Shown: positions 25,087 through 36,112 of the stretch, piece after piece
How positions within the stretch are numbered: position 1 is the stretch's first letter
Layout: each line of letters opens with the position of its first letter
Source: Azolla caroliniana
Taxonomy: Eukaryota > Plantae > Polypodiophyta
Direction of reading: 5' to 3'
Length of the DNA: 64,000 nucleotides
Assembly: GCA_043228905.1 (NCBI GenBank)
Contig: JBHGNT010000018.1
Location: 13,020,001-13,084,000, forward strand
Made by a program: the position numbers and the translations under genes
The notes under the pieces: model-generated
The model's database searches: none
Seen by the model: only the letters and a program-made list of their open reading frames with translations
What the model was told of the DNA's origin: nothing

Positions 25087-25483
25087 TGTTGAGAGACAAG
25101 CTCAACATTCGTGCGTAATACGATGCGTAACCCAGTGCATAGACTGGGTGTGTAAATCGGTACGCATAACATGGTTGTATTAGTGCGTAAATTGGAAGGC
25201 CATTAGTATGATATTCCTCATAAGGAATAATTTTGGGAGTTAGTGCAGAGCTCACTTATGAGCATTGAAGTATGTGTCAGTACTTTTGTTACTCTGTATG
25301 GACTTGTATAAAAGTGCTCACTGAGCACATCCTATGTACAGATCGAGTATTATTTTGAATCGAGTTTTTCTGTGTGTTCTCTCTCTCTGTCTCTCCCACA
25401 TACTATGCATATACAAGCTCTCCATTAAACCTGCGTATTTTCTGTGTTCGGTTTCCTATTGCTTTCGCATGCTATTCTTTACA
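25087..25483 (+). repeat. 5' LTR of copia H
   Basis: TGTTGAGAGAC...CTTTACA immediately followed by iMet PBS. Confidence 0.96.
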
Positions 25484-25566
25484 TGGTATCAGAGCGTGAG
25501 GGTTGAGAACCTCTGCAACCGACATAGCTTGAAAGGGAAACTAACCAAGAAGAACAGGTAAAACCG

Positions 25567-28500
25567 ATGGATAGAGGCATGGCTAGCTCGCTTCCGACGG
25601 AGAAGCTCAACAGAAACAACTACGCGTCTTGGTCCTACAAGATGCACCAATACCTTCTCGGGCACGGTTACTGGAGCTATGTCGACGGAGCAAATGACAC
25701 AGCACCCGAATCGACACAGAGATTTCCTGGTGTGGGAACAGTCGGTGAGTAGAGTATTGTACTGCTTCATGTCTTGTGTGGGCGAACAGCTCCTAAGCTA
25801 CATTCGGCATGCAAAAATGCCGAAAGATGCTTGGGGAAATCTGAAGCAAATTTTCACCGCAAGCACTACAACCAGGAAGCTTCAACTCTGACAGGAGCTG
25901 AGCAACCTACGACAACACGATTTGTCGGTGGTTGATTACACCTCGAAGATCAAAGATATATGTCAGTCCTTAGCCTCCATCGATGTGAACGTCGAGGAAG
26001 GCGAGATGGTGCAGATCTGTCTCGGTGGACTGGCATCGAAGTTCAGAGCATTCCGAACTGCTGTGTGTACATGGGAGAATACGTCGTTGTTTTTCGACCT
26101 ACAGTCGATGCTCCTTATAGAGGAGAACCACGCGGGTGCGTCGACGAGCACGCATGCCGAAAACAAGATGTTGTACATGGAGGGAGATAGGCCCCGTGGT
26201 CGTGGCAGCTGAGGCGAGTCAGTGCGCAATGGAGGCGGCCGACGGGATCAAGGACGAAGGCACCGAAGTGATGCCGACAACAATTCCAGACCCTCCGGAA
26301 ATAGGGGGAGTCGAGGCGATGAGAACCGGCAAGGGAAATCCGTTGCGGAATGCAAGTACTGTGTCAAGAAAGGCCACAAGGAGAGTGATTGCTGGAAGAA
26401 GCGTGCTGATTCAGAGAGGACCGGATCCAGATCAAGCTCTGGACAAACCGACAAAGGAAATCGGCAACAATCGCACTACGCAACAAGGTTTGGAAAAGCC
26501 GGAAAAGGGTCAGCCTTCGTGACGAGACACGAAGCGAACTCGATGAAGATGTCCACCCCGAAATCGGATGAGGTGTGGTACGTCGACTCCGGGGCATCAA
26601 ACCACATGACGTGCCACAAGGAGTGGTTCTCATACCTTGAGAAACCGATGCAACCGGGAGAAGTCGCAACCAGAGACGTCACTCCGCATCCGATCGTGAA
26701 TGTCGATGAGGTTCCCATGAGCCAATTTTGGGCAGAAAGGGAAACTCATGAACGTGTTACACGTCCTCAGAATCACGAAGAACTTGGTATCGGTCGGATA
26801 GATCATCGACCAAGGGATGCAAGTTCGGTTCACGCATGTCGGGTGCTTCATCGAAAAAGAAGGACGAGTTATTGTGTAAGGGCGTAGAGACGGGAGGATC
26901 TTTATCCTCGACTCTAGTGACGGTGGCACCGCAATGTTCGGGAAAGGACAAAAAGTCGAGTCGGATATTGACTTATGGCACAAGCGGATAGACCTCAAAG
27001 GGTTCGTAGAAACGGAAATAGGACGGAAGATCAAGTGCTTGCAGTCAGATGGCAGAAAAGAGTACTACAACAGATGGGAATTAGGCGTGAATTCAGTTGT
27101 AGATACACGCCAGAGCAAAACGGCGTGGCCGAGAGGAAGAACCAATCAATTGTGGAGGCGGCACAGGCATTGCTGGAGGAAAAGAGCTTGCCCAAGTTCT
27201 ATTGGTCCGAGACGATACAAACTGCGGTGTACATTCAAAATCGGATCAGAGAAAAAGTGTCGGCGCATGAGCTGTATTTCGGACGGAAGCCGGATCTGCG
27301 ACACTTGAGAGTTTTCAGGAGCATTGCGTATGTGCATGTGCCGAAGGAGAAACGGAGGAAGTTGGACACGAAAGCTGAGAAGTGTATCTTGGTCGGCTAT
27401 TCAGACGAGCATAAGGGTTATAAGTGTTGTTACCCTCGCACCAAACAAGCGCACGTGAGCCGCGACGTTGTGTTTGACGAATCCGCATCCTGGTACTTGC
27501 CTCCGACTCCGGACCTCACCTCCAATCCGATTTCTAACGATGAGGTCAGCGAGGCCGAGATGCCTCCGGATGAGCCTGAAATCGGGATCCGCGAAGAGAG
27601 TCCGATTTCATTTCGGTTAAGCAGACTGAATGGACGACTGAGTCGGTTCGATCAGTCTGATGAAGAGCCAGGGAGTAGTGGAGACTCGGTCGTGCATTCC
27701 CCGCGCAGGAAACCGAGGAGACGGCTTACACGCAAAGAAAAAGGGAAGAAGAAGGTGTCAGATTATGGCACGGATAGGAACTAGTCGGATCAACGCGAGT
27801 CCGATTCCGAGGGAAGTGACGATGGGTCTTTGAGAGCAAAGTCCACGTCGGCCATGAAAGCCTCAACATCGGCTAATGAGCAATTACGCCGATCTACCTG
27901 ACAAAAGAACCCTGTTGTGTGGTTCGGTTACAACGAATACATGGCGCATCACTATGCATACATGACGTGTGTAGCGGAAGTGCGTGAGTTGGAGAGCGAC
28001 GCAGAAGCGGCGAAGGACGTGAATTGGCGTGCTGCAATGGAGGAAGAGATGCGCACATTGGTGGAGAATGAAACCTGGGACCTGATTGACGCATCGAACG
28101 GTGTGAAGCCGATCGGATGTAGGTGGATGTACAAGGTCAAGTACAACACTGACGGCTTGGTCAACTGATACAAGGCCTAGTTAGTAGCGAAAGGCTATGC
28201 GCAAAAACACGGTATCGACTACAATGAGACGTTTGCGCCGGTCACGAAGATGACGACCCCGTGTTTTGATCGCGATCGCTGCGGCAAAGGGGTGGGACTT
28301 ACATCAGATGGATGTAAGGAATGCGTTCCTGCAAGGTGAGCTTGAGGAACAGGTGTACATGGTACAACCCCCCAAATTTCCCTCTAGATCGAACACTTCG
28401 GCGGTGTGCCGATTGAAGAAGTCCCTTTACGGACTAAAGCAAGCCCCGCGTGCCTGGAACGCGAAGATCACGCAACGATTGCGTCGAATGGGCTTTGCGA

Positions 28501-29933
28501 CGTCAAAATTAGACTCCTCATTGTTCATCCGGAAAGGTCGACTTGGGCCGGTTAGTATTTTACTTTATGTTGATGACTTGGTCATCACCGGCGCTGACCT
28601 AGGTGAGATAGACCGCGTGAAGCTCCAGCTTGCGGCATCATTCGACATGAAGGATCTGAGGGACCTTCATTACTTCCTCGGGATCGAAGTGATCCGTACC
28701 CCGAAAGGCATATTGATCAACCAACGTCATTACGCATTGAATATGCTCTTCAAGTTTGGGATGGCCGACTGTAAGTCCGTCTCAACTCCTCTGGATAGAA
28801 CCGTCAAGCTTCGCCCCAATTCTGGAAAGGTATGCGACCCGACGAGGTTGCGACAAATGGTTGGAAGCCTTATATACTTGACCATCACTCGACCAGATCT
28901 CAGCTACCCAATCGGGGTGATTAGTCAGCTCATGGCGCGACCGACCGAGGAGCACCTTCAATGTGCACAACGCGTACTCCGGTACGTCAGTGGCACTAAG
29001 GACCGGGGGCTACTATATCGGACCGATACTGCCGTGTAGTTGGTCGGTTACACCGATGCTTATTGGGCCAGAAACGCCGACAATCGCCAATCCATGTCTG
29101 GTTTCGCGTTCTCTCTTGGGAGTGCCTCGATCGCGTGGAGTAGCAAGAAGCAGCCGACAGTTGCGCTATCAAGCACCGAAGCCGGGTATAGAGGAGTAGC
29201 TATCGCGACATGCGAAGCCATATGGTTGAAGGGGCTACTTAAGGATCTGCAAGTGGAGGTATCCGATCCAACGCCAATCTACTGCGACAACCTCAATAGC
29301 ATCCAGCTAGCTAAGAACCCCATCTTCCACGCCTGGACTAAGCACATTGAGGTGTACTACCATTTCGTCCGTGAGCGTGTTCTCTCTGGTGAAGTCAAAC
29401 TTCAGTATGTTCCGACGGATCGGCAGAACGCCGACATCTTCACTAAGCCTCTTGGTCTAGACAAGTTGCGGCAATTCTCGGGTGCGCTTGGGTTGCGTCA
29501 CCTCAATGTGCCAAACTTGAGGGGGAGAAACGTCCCGAATGACCATGGAAGAGGGAGAGAAGTTCCGGAAGACGAAGACCGCGATGCCAAGTCGGATGAC
29601 GAATTCGATTTCGGATCAGCTCAAGAAGCTGAGGGCGAACCCGCGGAAGATTCCGAAAGCAGACATAAGGGGAGTAGTCGAAAGAAAGAGCTGAAGCCAA
29701 CCAAGGGCGAGAAGATCGAAGACAAGTTGGAGACAACCAACTCGGATGAGAGCGAAAACCGATCGGAGGAAGCCGAGTCGGTTCGGATGTTTGATTTGGA
29801 TATGCTAAATCAACCAAGGGCCAAGCGAAAGAGAAGGCAGCAGAAGAGGCGCCAACACCGCAACAACAAGGAAGCTGAGAAGGGTCGTGTAAGCAGACAA
29901 GCCGACCGGAAGGGTCGAGGCCCGCGGAATTGA
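25567..29933 (+). pseudogene. Copia H gag-pol with internal deletions and charged C-terminal extension
   Basis: MDRGMASSLPTEKL gag, CKYCVKKGHKESDC, WYVDSGASNHMT, PEQNGVAERKN, LYVDDLVI, CDN..KHIE; about 300 nt of integrase missing at ~26990 relative to 45500-45820. Confidence 0.93.
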
Positions 29934-30029
29934 ACGGGTCGTGGAGCGCGAGCGAGGCGTGAAGCCAGAAGGAACTGGAGCGTAGATCCAGGGGAACAGG
30001 TGGAACCTCAAGTTGAGCTTGAGGGGGAG

Positions 30030-30426
30030 TGTTGAGAGACAAGCTCAACATTCGTGCGTAATACGATGCGTAACCCAGTGCGTAGACTGGGTGCGTAAAT
30101 CGGTAAGCATATCATGGCCCTATCGGTGTGTAAACCGGAAGGCCGTTAGTATGATATTCCTCGTAAGGAATAATTTTGGGAGTTAGTGTAGAGCTCACTA
30201 ATGAGCATTGAAGTACATGTCAGTACTTCTGTCAGTCCGTATGGACTTGTATAAAAGTGCTCACTGAGCACATCCTATGTATAGATTGAATATTATTTTG
30301 AATCAATTTTTTCTGTGTGTTCTCCCTCTCTGTCTCTCCCGTGTACTGTGCATATACAAGGTCTCCATTAAACCTGCGTATTTTCTGTGTTCGGTTTCCT
30401 ATTGCTTCCGCACGCTATTCTTTACA
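30030..30426 (+). repeat. 3' LTR of copia H
   Basis: Direct repeat of 25087-25483. Confidence 0.96.
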
Positions 30427-30779
30427 ATGTCTTTATTGCGGTGGAACAGGGCATATCGCAATCAATTGTCCCCATAGGCCAAGAAGATAGGTAAATCAAA
30501 TCATAGCTTGTACTAAACCCGAGTCAATTCTTCCCTTAGGAGTGTTTGATAGTATTAATAGTACTAATAGAGTGTCTGATAGTATTAATAGTACTAATAG
30601 CCCAAGTATCTCAAACAAATTTGAAATCCTTAGTCAATTAGATGAAGAGTTAAACGATTGAGTCTAGCCAAAATAGGAGTCATTTGGTTGGACAGCCCTA
30701 GATCTGTACAACCCATTAGTGGTTCCATTCCCTCCAAGCAAGTTAGTAATGTCTTCCTAGCCCAAGTCATGGTTAGTAC

Positions 30780-33700
30780 TAAAAGTACTCCCCCACCCCA
30801 GTACACGTCCTAGCACTTCTAGATTCTAGAGCCAATTCCTGTTTCATGGATCGAAATTTTGCCCAAGCTTCTCAGATATCCTTAAGAAAACTTCCTTGCC
30901 CCACATCTATAGTAGTCATTGATGGTCGTCCCATTGCTTCCGGGAATATTGTAGTAGAGTCAAAACCCATTCAAATTGTCCTAGGTAGTTTTGTGTGTGT
31001 AGTAGCATTTAATATAATTAGTAGTCCAGAGCATCCCATTGTCCTGGGATTAACTTGATTTGAATTACATAATCCAGACATAGATTGGAGAACAAGAGAA
31101 GTCTGATATCGACAACCCCAAGAATGTACTCATCGAGTTTCGACCATTTCACTACGTCAATTACGTGAAGAAGGACACAAGAAGGCAATGTTCCTATTTG
31201 CAATATCAGTACATCCTTCCAGTACTATTAAGGAGGAATCCTTAGTGCAACTTCCAGCGAAATATCATCCTTATGCCGATGTATTTGACAAGGTAAAAGC
31301 CGGTATTCTTCCTCATCATCGTCCCTATGATTGTCCCATCGATTTACAACCAGGAGCAGAGCCAACTTGTCACCCACCGAGTTAGAAGTCCTTCGAGCCT
31401 ACATAGAGGAGAACTTGGCAAGTGGGTTTATTCGTCATTCGAAATCTCCGGCCGGTGCACCCATTTTCTTTGTCAAGAAGAAAGATGGCTCACTTTGTCT
31501 TGTCGTTGATTACCGCAGCTTGAATAAAGTCACCATCCGGAATAGGTATGCACTTCCTCTTACATCAAGTCTTTTAGAGTGAGTTAATGGTGCCAAGTTT
31601 TTTACAAAAATCGATCTATGAGGAGCGTATAACCTCGTGCGGATCCGACCGAGAGATGAAGGGAAGATCGCCTTTCGCACACAGTATGGGCATTTCGAAT
31701 ATACTGTTATGCCATTCGGTCTAACCAATGCACCCGCAGTCTTCCAACACATGGCAAATGATATATTCAGAGACCTCTTGGATATCTGTTTGATCATCTA
31801 TCTAGATGATCTATTGATTTATTCGAAGACCAAGGAAGAGCACAATTCTCAAGTACTATTAGTACTAAAAAGACTCCGCAAGAATGGTCTTTATGCCAAG
31901 CTAGAAAAATGTAGCTTTGACTGCAAGCAAGTGGAATTTCTAGGCTACGTCATCTCCTCAAAGGGCATCTCCATGGATCCAACTAAAGTCCAAACTGTGT
32001 TAGAGTGGCAAATTCCACGGTCGGTATGAGATGTACAATGTTTTCTAGGTTTTGCTAACTTCTACCGCAAGTTTATATAGGATTACTCGAAGATTATTTT
32101 ACCTCTCACACAACTTACAAAGAAGGGACAAGCATTTCTTTGGTCCAATGAAGCGGACATGGCTTTTCGGCATCTTAAGAAAGCCTTTACATCAGCTCCT
32201 ATTCTAGCTCATGTGGATACAAACAAACCATTCATCATGGAGGCTGATGCATCGGGTTTCGCCCTCAGTAACATCCTTTCTCAACAAGGAGATAAAGAAG
32301 AGTTACATCGTGTGGCTTCTCATTCGCGCAAATTCGATGCCGCGGAAATCAACTACGAAATACATGACAAGGAATTATTAGCCATCGTGGATTCCTTTGT
32401 GCAATAGCGGCATTTCTTAGAGGGCTCTCCACATCAAGTCATCGTCTTTAGTGATCACAAAAATCTTGCTCATTTCCAGAACGCTCGGGTGCTAAATCGA
32501 CGGCAAACTCGGTGGGCTCAATTCCTCATGCGTTTTGACTTCAAAATCACATATCGACCGGGGAAGCAGCAAGGAAAAGCAGATGCGCTATCACGGCGAT
32601 CATATCTTGCACCTTGTTCTGGTGATCCAGCGTTTGATAATCAAAAGCAAGTAATCTTGGGACCAACACGATTGCACACAACGCAGATTTTTCACACCCC
32701 AATGGATTCCCGGATTACCGATGCCATACGTGGGAACTTGAAGACAGACAGTTTTGCTCAAGACATTCTGGAGCACATTGATACCTCTCGGGCATCCTGT
32801 TCCCAATCTCAACAACCAGGTATAGACTACCGACAATTCGAATATCATGATGGTTTGTTATTCTTTAAAAAGCTTGTATATGTCCCCAATTGCTCCTGTC
32901 CCCTTCAAATCGTCCAAAATTGTCACGACACCTATACGGCGGGACATTTCGGTAGTACTAAGACGTTGGATCTCGTTCAATGATCTTTTTGGTGGCCCCA
33001 TATGCGAAGTTTTGTCGACGACTACGTTCAGACTTGTGATGCTTGCTGCCGAGCAAAGATGACCCGACACCATCCATATGGCTTGTTGGAACCCTTACCG
33101 ATTCCAAGTAAGCCGTGGCAGTCTATTTGTCTTGATTTTATCACAAATCTGCCAGTCTCGAAGGGGTTCGATGCTATCTTAACTGTCGTCGATTGATATA
33201 CTAAGATGGTACATTTTGTGCCATGTACTAAGGTCATCACTAGCGAGGAAACTGCCGCCCTTGTCAAGCGTGAGGTATTTCGACATCATGGCCTCCTAGA
33301 CAGTATCATCAGTGACCGAGGACCTCAATTCGTCTCCAAATTTTGGCAGCATCTCTTCAAGATGCTCAAGGTCTCTGGCAACCTCTCCTCCGGCCACCAT
33401 CCCCACACCGATGGGCAGGCGGAACGAACAAACCAAACGCTGGAACAATATCTCCGGTGTTTTCTGAGTTATCAACAAGAAGATTGAGCCGATATTCTCC
33501 ACTTTGCGGAGTTTGCATATAATAATGTTGTTCACTCCTCGATTCGGGTCTCCCCATTTTACGCTTATACCGGTTCTCATCCTCGCTTGTCGGTGATCGA
33601 CACCCCGGAGCTACCTACCAATCCTCGTGTTGAGGATCATTTGGAGAGGCTACGCAACATCCAGATGGATCTCTCTACTCATCTTTGTCATGCTCAACAC

Positions 33701-34230
33701 ACAGAAGACTTATGCAGATCGTCATCGGCTTCCCTCCTCTTTTGCCATCGGAGATCGAGTATGGCTCTTACGTCGTCACATCAAGACTACTCAATCGTGC
33801 GACAAGTTGGATTAGCGATGACTCGGTCCTTTCCGTATTATTAGTAAGGTTAATGATGTCACGCTTCCGCCTTGATCTCCCTCCGCATCTTCAGATACAT
33901 TCGGTTTTCCATAGCTCTCTTCTTGAACCTTATAAAGCAAATACTATTCCTGATCGTGTTACACCACCGCCGCCCCCGCTTGAGTTGGAAGCTGGCCCGG
34001 AGTATGAAGTTGTTGTCGTCCTCGATTCCAAACTTGTTCGCAACAAACTTTATTATTTGGTCGATTGGCTCGGCTATAGTCCGAGCGAACGTACTTGGGA
34101 ACCCGTTGAGCATGTCGCCAATGCTCAGGATCTTCTTGCTGAGTTCCACCGAAAGTATCTGGACAAACCCGGTCCGCACTCAGCGCCGACTCATCCCACT
34201 CGTCTTCTTAAGGGGGAGATAGTGTCATGA
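30780..34230 (+). pseudogene. Chromovirus D pol (PR, RT, RNase H, INT, chromodomain), many stops
   Basis: [74 protein letters not shown], chromodomain YEV..VLDSK..YYLVDWLGYSPSERTWEP. Confidence 0.95.
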
Positions 34231-34651
34231 TATGGCAAAACTCAAACCCATGACCTTATGTTATATGGGTCGAGCTCTTGACCATTATACCATCTATTGT
34301 AATACGTAGGATATTATTTTCATTTAAGCTTTATTATAGGAAATTAATGTATATTCCAGATTTCTCTAGAACATTCTAGAAGCTTCAGGATTACTCCTAA
34401 GAACACTATAAAAGAAGGCACTAGGCATTATTTTGAACCAAATTGGTTCAACGCCAGTCTTAAGCCTCATAGCCCTTTTGTACTTACTCTTCACATAATA
34501 TATCATCTGTTATCATCATCTCTCTCTCTCTCTCTCTCCTCTTCTCTCTTTCTCCCTCTCGGGAGTCTTACGCAGTCCCGTCCTCTTAGTACTAATAATA
34601 CTTCCCTTCTCTAGTACTAATTCTCTCTCTATTTTAGTACTATTCCTGACA
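34223..34651 (+). repeat. 3' LTR of chromovirus D
   Basis: Direct repeat of 23704-24130 after PPT 34210-34222. Confidence 0.95.
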
Positions 34652-36112
34652 ACGGGCTGGCCGAGAGAATGAATCAGACCATAATGAAGAGAAAGAATCA
34701 GACCTTAACGGGCTTGCACATGCTAAGTTACGGAAGACGTTTTGGGCTGAGGCGTTGATGACGGCAGCGTATGTGATAAATTGATCACCCTCAGTACCCT
34801 TGGACGGTGATGTTCCACAAAGGGTGTGGAGTGGCAAAGACGTATCTTACCGACATATGAGGGTGTTTGGTTGTCTTGCCTATGTGCATGTGGCAAAGGA
34901 CTAGAGGGGAAAACTAGACCCGAAATTTCGACATGTATATTTCTTGGCTACGATGACGACGAATTCGGTTATCATCCATGGGACTTAGCTAATAAGAAGG
35001 TGATTAGGAGTTGTGACATTGTATTTATGGTGGAAAAGACAAGTGTCGATTGGGTGATTGAGAATAAATCTCCAATTACTGAATCGAGCCAAGTCGATGC
35101 TCGGCCGAATTGAGAGGAAATCGAATTAGAGCGAGTCGGCCGATTTAATACTCGACAAAATCGAGATTCGACTCAAGAACAAGGGGTACCGGCTGAACGA
35201 GGAATCGAATCCAACTCGGCAGAGAAAGTCAAAGAAGAACCGACCATGCCGAACGGAGGCCAAAGATATCCCTTGAGAGAGAGAAGGGCCCCCGGAGATT
35301 TCCGGATGAAGAGCGTGTGTTGCTTACCAATGAAGGGGAGACGGAAAGCTTCGAAGAAGCTAAACAAGATATCCACACCCAAGAGTGGTTGAGTGTCATG
35401 CAAGAGGAGATGGAATCCTTGCATGAGAACCACACATATGAATTGACTGAGTTGTTGAGAGGAAAGAAGGTGTTCCGCAATTAGTGGGTATACAAACTGA
35501 AACCGGGAGAAAGCAGAAATCCACCAAGATACAAAGCCTGAATCGTCGTGAAAGGTTTTCAACATAAGAAGGGTGTGGATTTTGACGAGATATTTGCCCC
35601 GGTGGTCAAGATGACATCCATCTTAATAGTGTTGAGCATAGCGACCAGCATGGATCTCAAAGTCGAGCAATTGGATGTCAAGACTGTTTCTGCACGGTGG
35701 TCTCGAAGAGGAGATCTATATGCACCAGTCGGAAGGATTCGTTCTTGGCTCCACCCCCCACCCATCAACACTTGTCCCAGCCGGCGTGCCAAAATTATTG
35801 GGTTGTTCGGCCGACAGTTAGTTACTGTATCTAACTGACAGAATAAGTCGAACGTTCTTCTTGTAACATTCTATCAAGATGATTGTGGTAGGAAGTGAAT
35901 AGAAGAACTACTCGGTGATTAGAAATTGTGCTAGGTAACCTTGATCGACTACTTGGTTTTAATTTAATTACTGAGAATAACAATGCACAGAGAGACCGTC
36001 GACACAACAATACTCTAACTATTATCTTATGTTAATTCCAAAATAGAATGATAGATTTATAATGTTTTTTGTTTCCTCTTTTATAGGTAAAATCGAGAGT
36101 CTCTTTTCAAGA

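Larger units (their letters stand above)
25087..30426 (+). mobile_element. Full-length Ty1/copia element H (family A), decayed
   Basis: 397-bp LTRs, perfect TSD ATGTC (25082-25086, 30427-30431), PBS tggtatcagagc 25484-25495, PPT ending 30029. Confidence 0.97.
23704..34651 (+). mobile_element. Ty3/gypsy chromovirus, Tcn1-like (element D), interrupted by copia H
   Basis: LTRs 23704-24130 and 34223-34651, TSD ATGGG/ACGGG (one transition), PPT aagggggagatag, order gag-PR-RT(YLDD)-RH-INT-chromodomain. Confidence 0.95.

Noticed and set aside
30539-30600. 30-bp tandem duplication between chromovirus gag and protease as a recoding signal
   Set aside because: Region is too decayed to infer frameshift or splice signals; likely local slippage.
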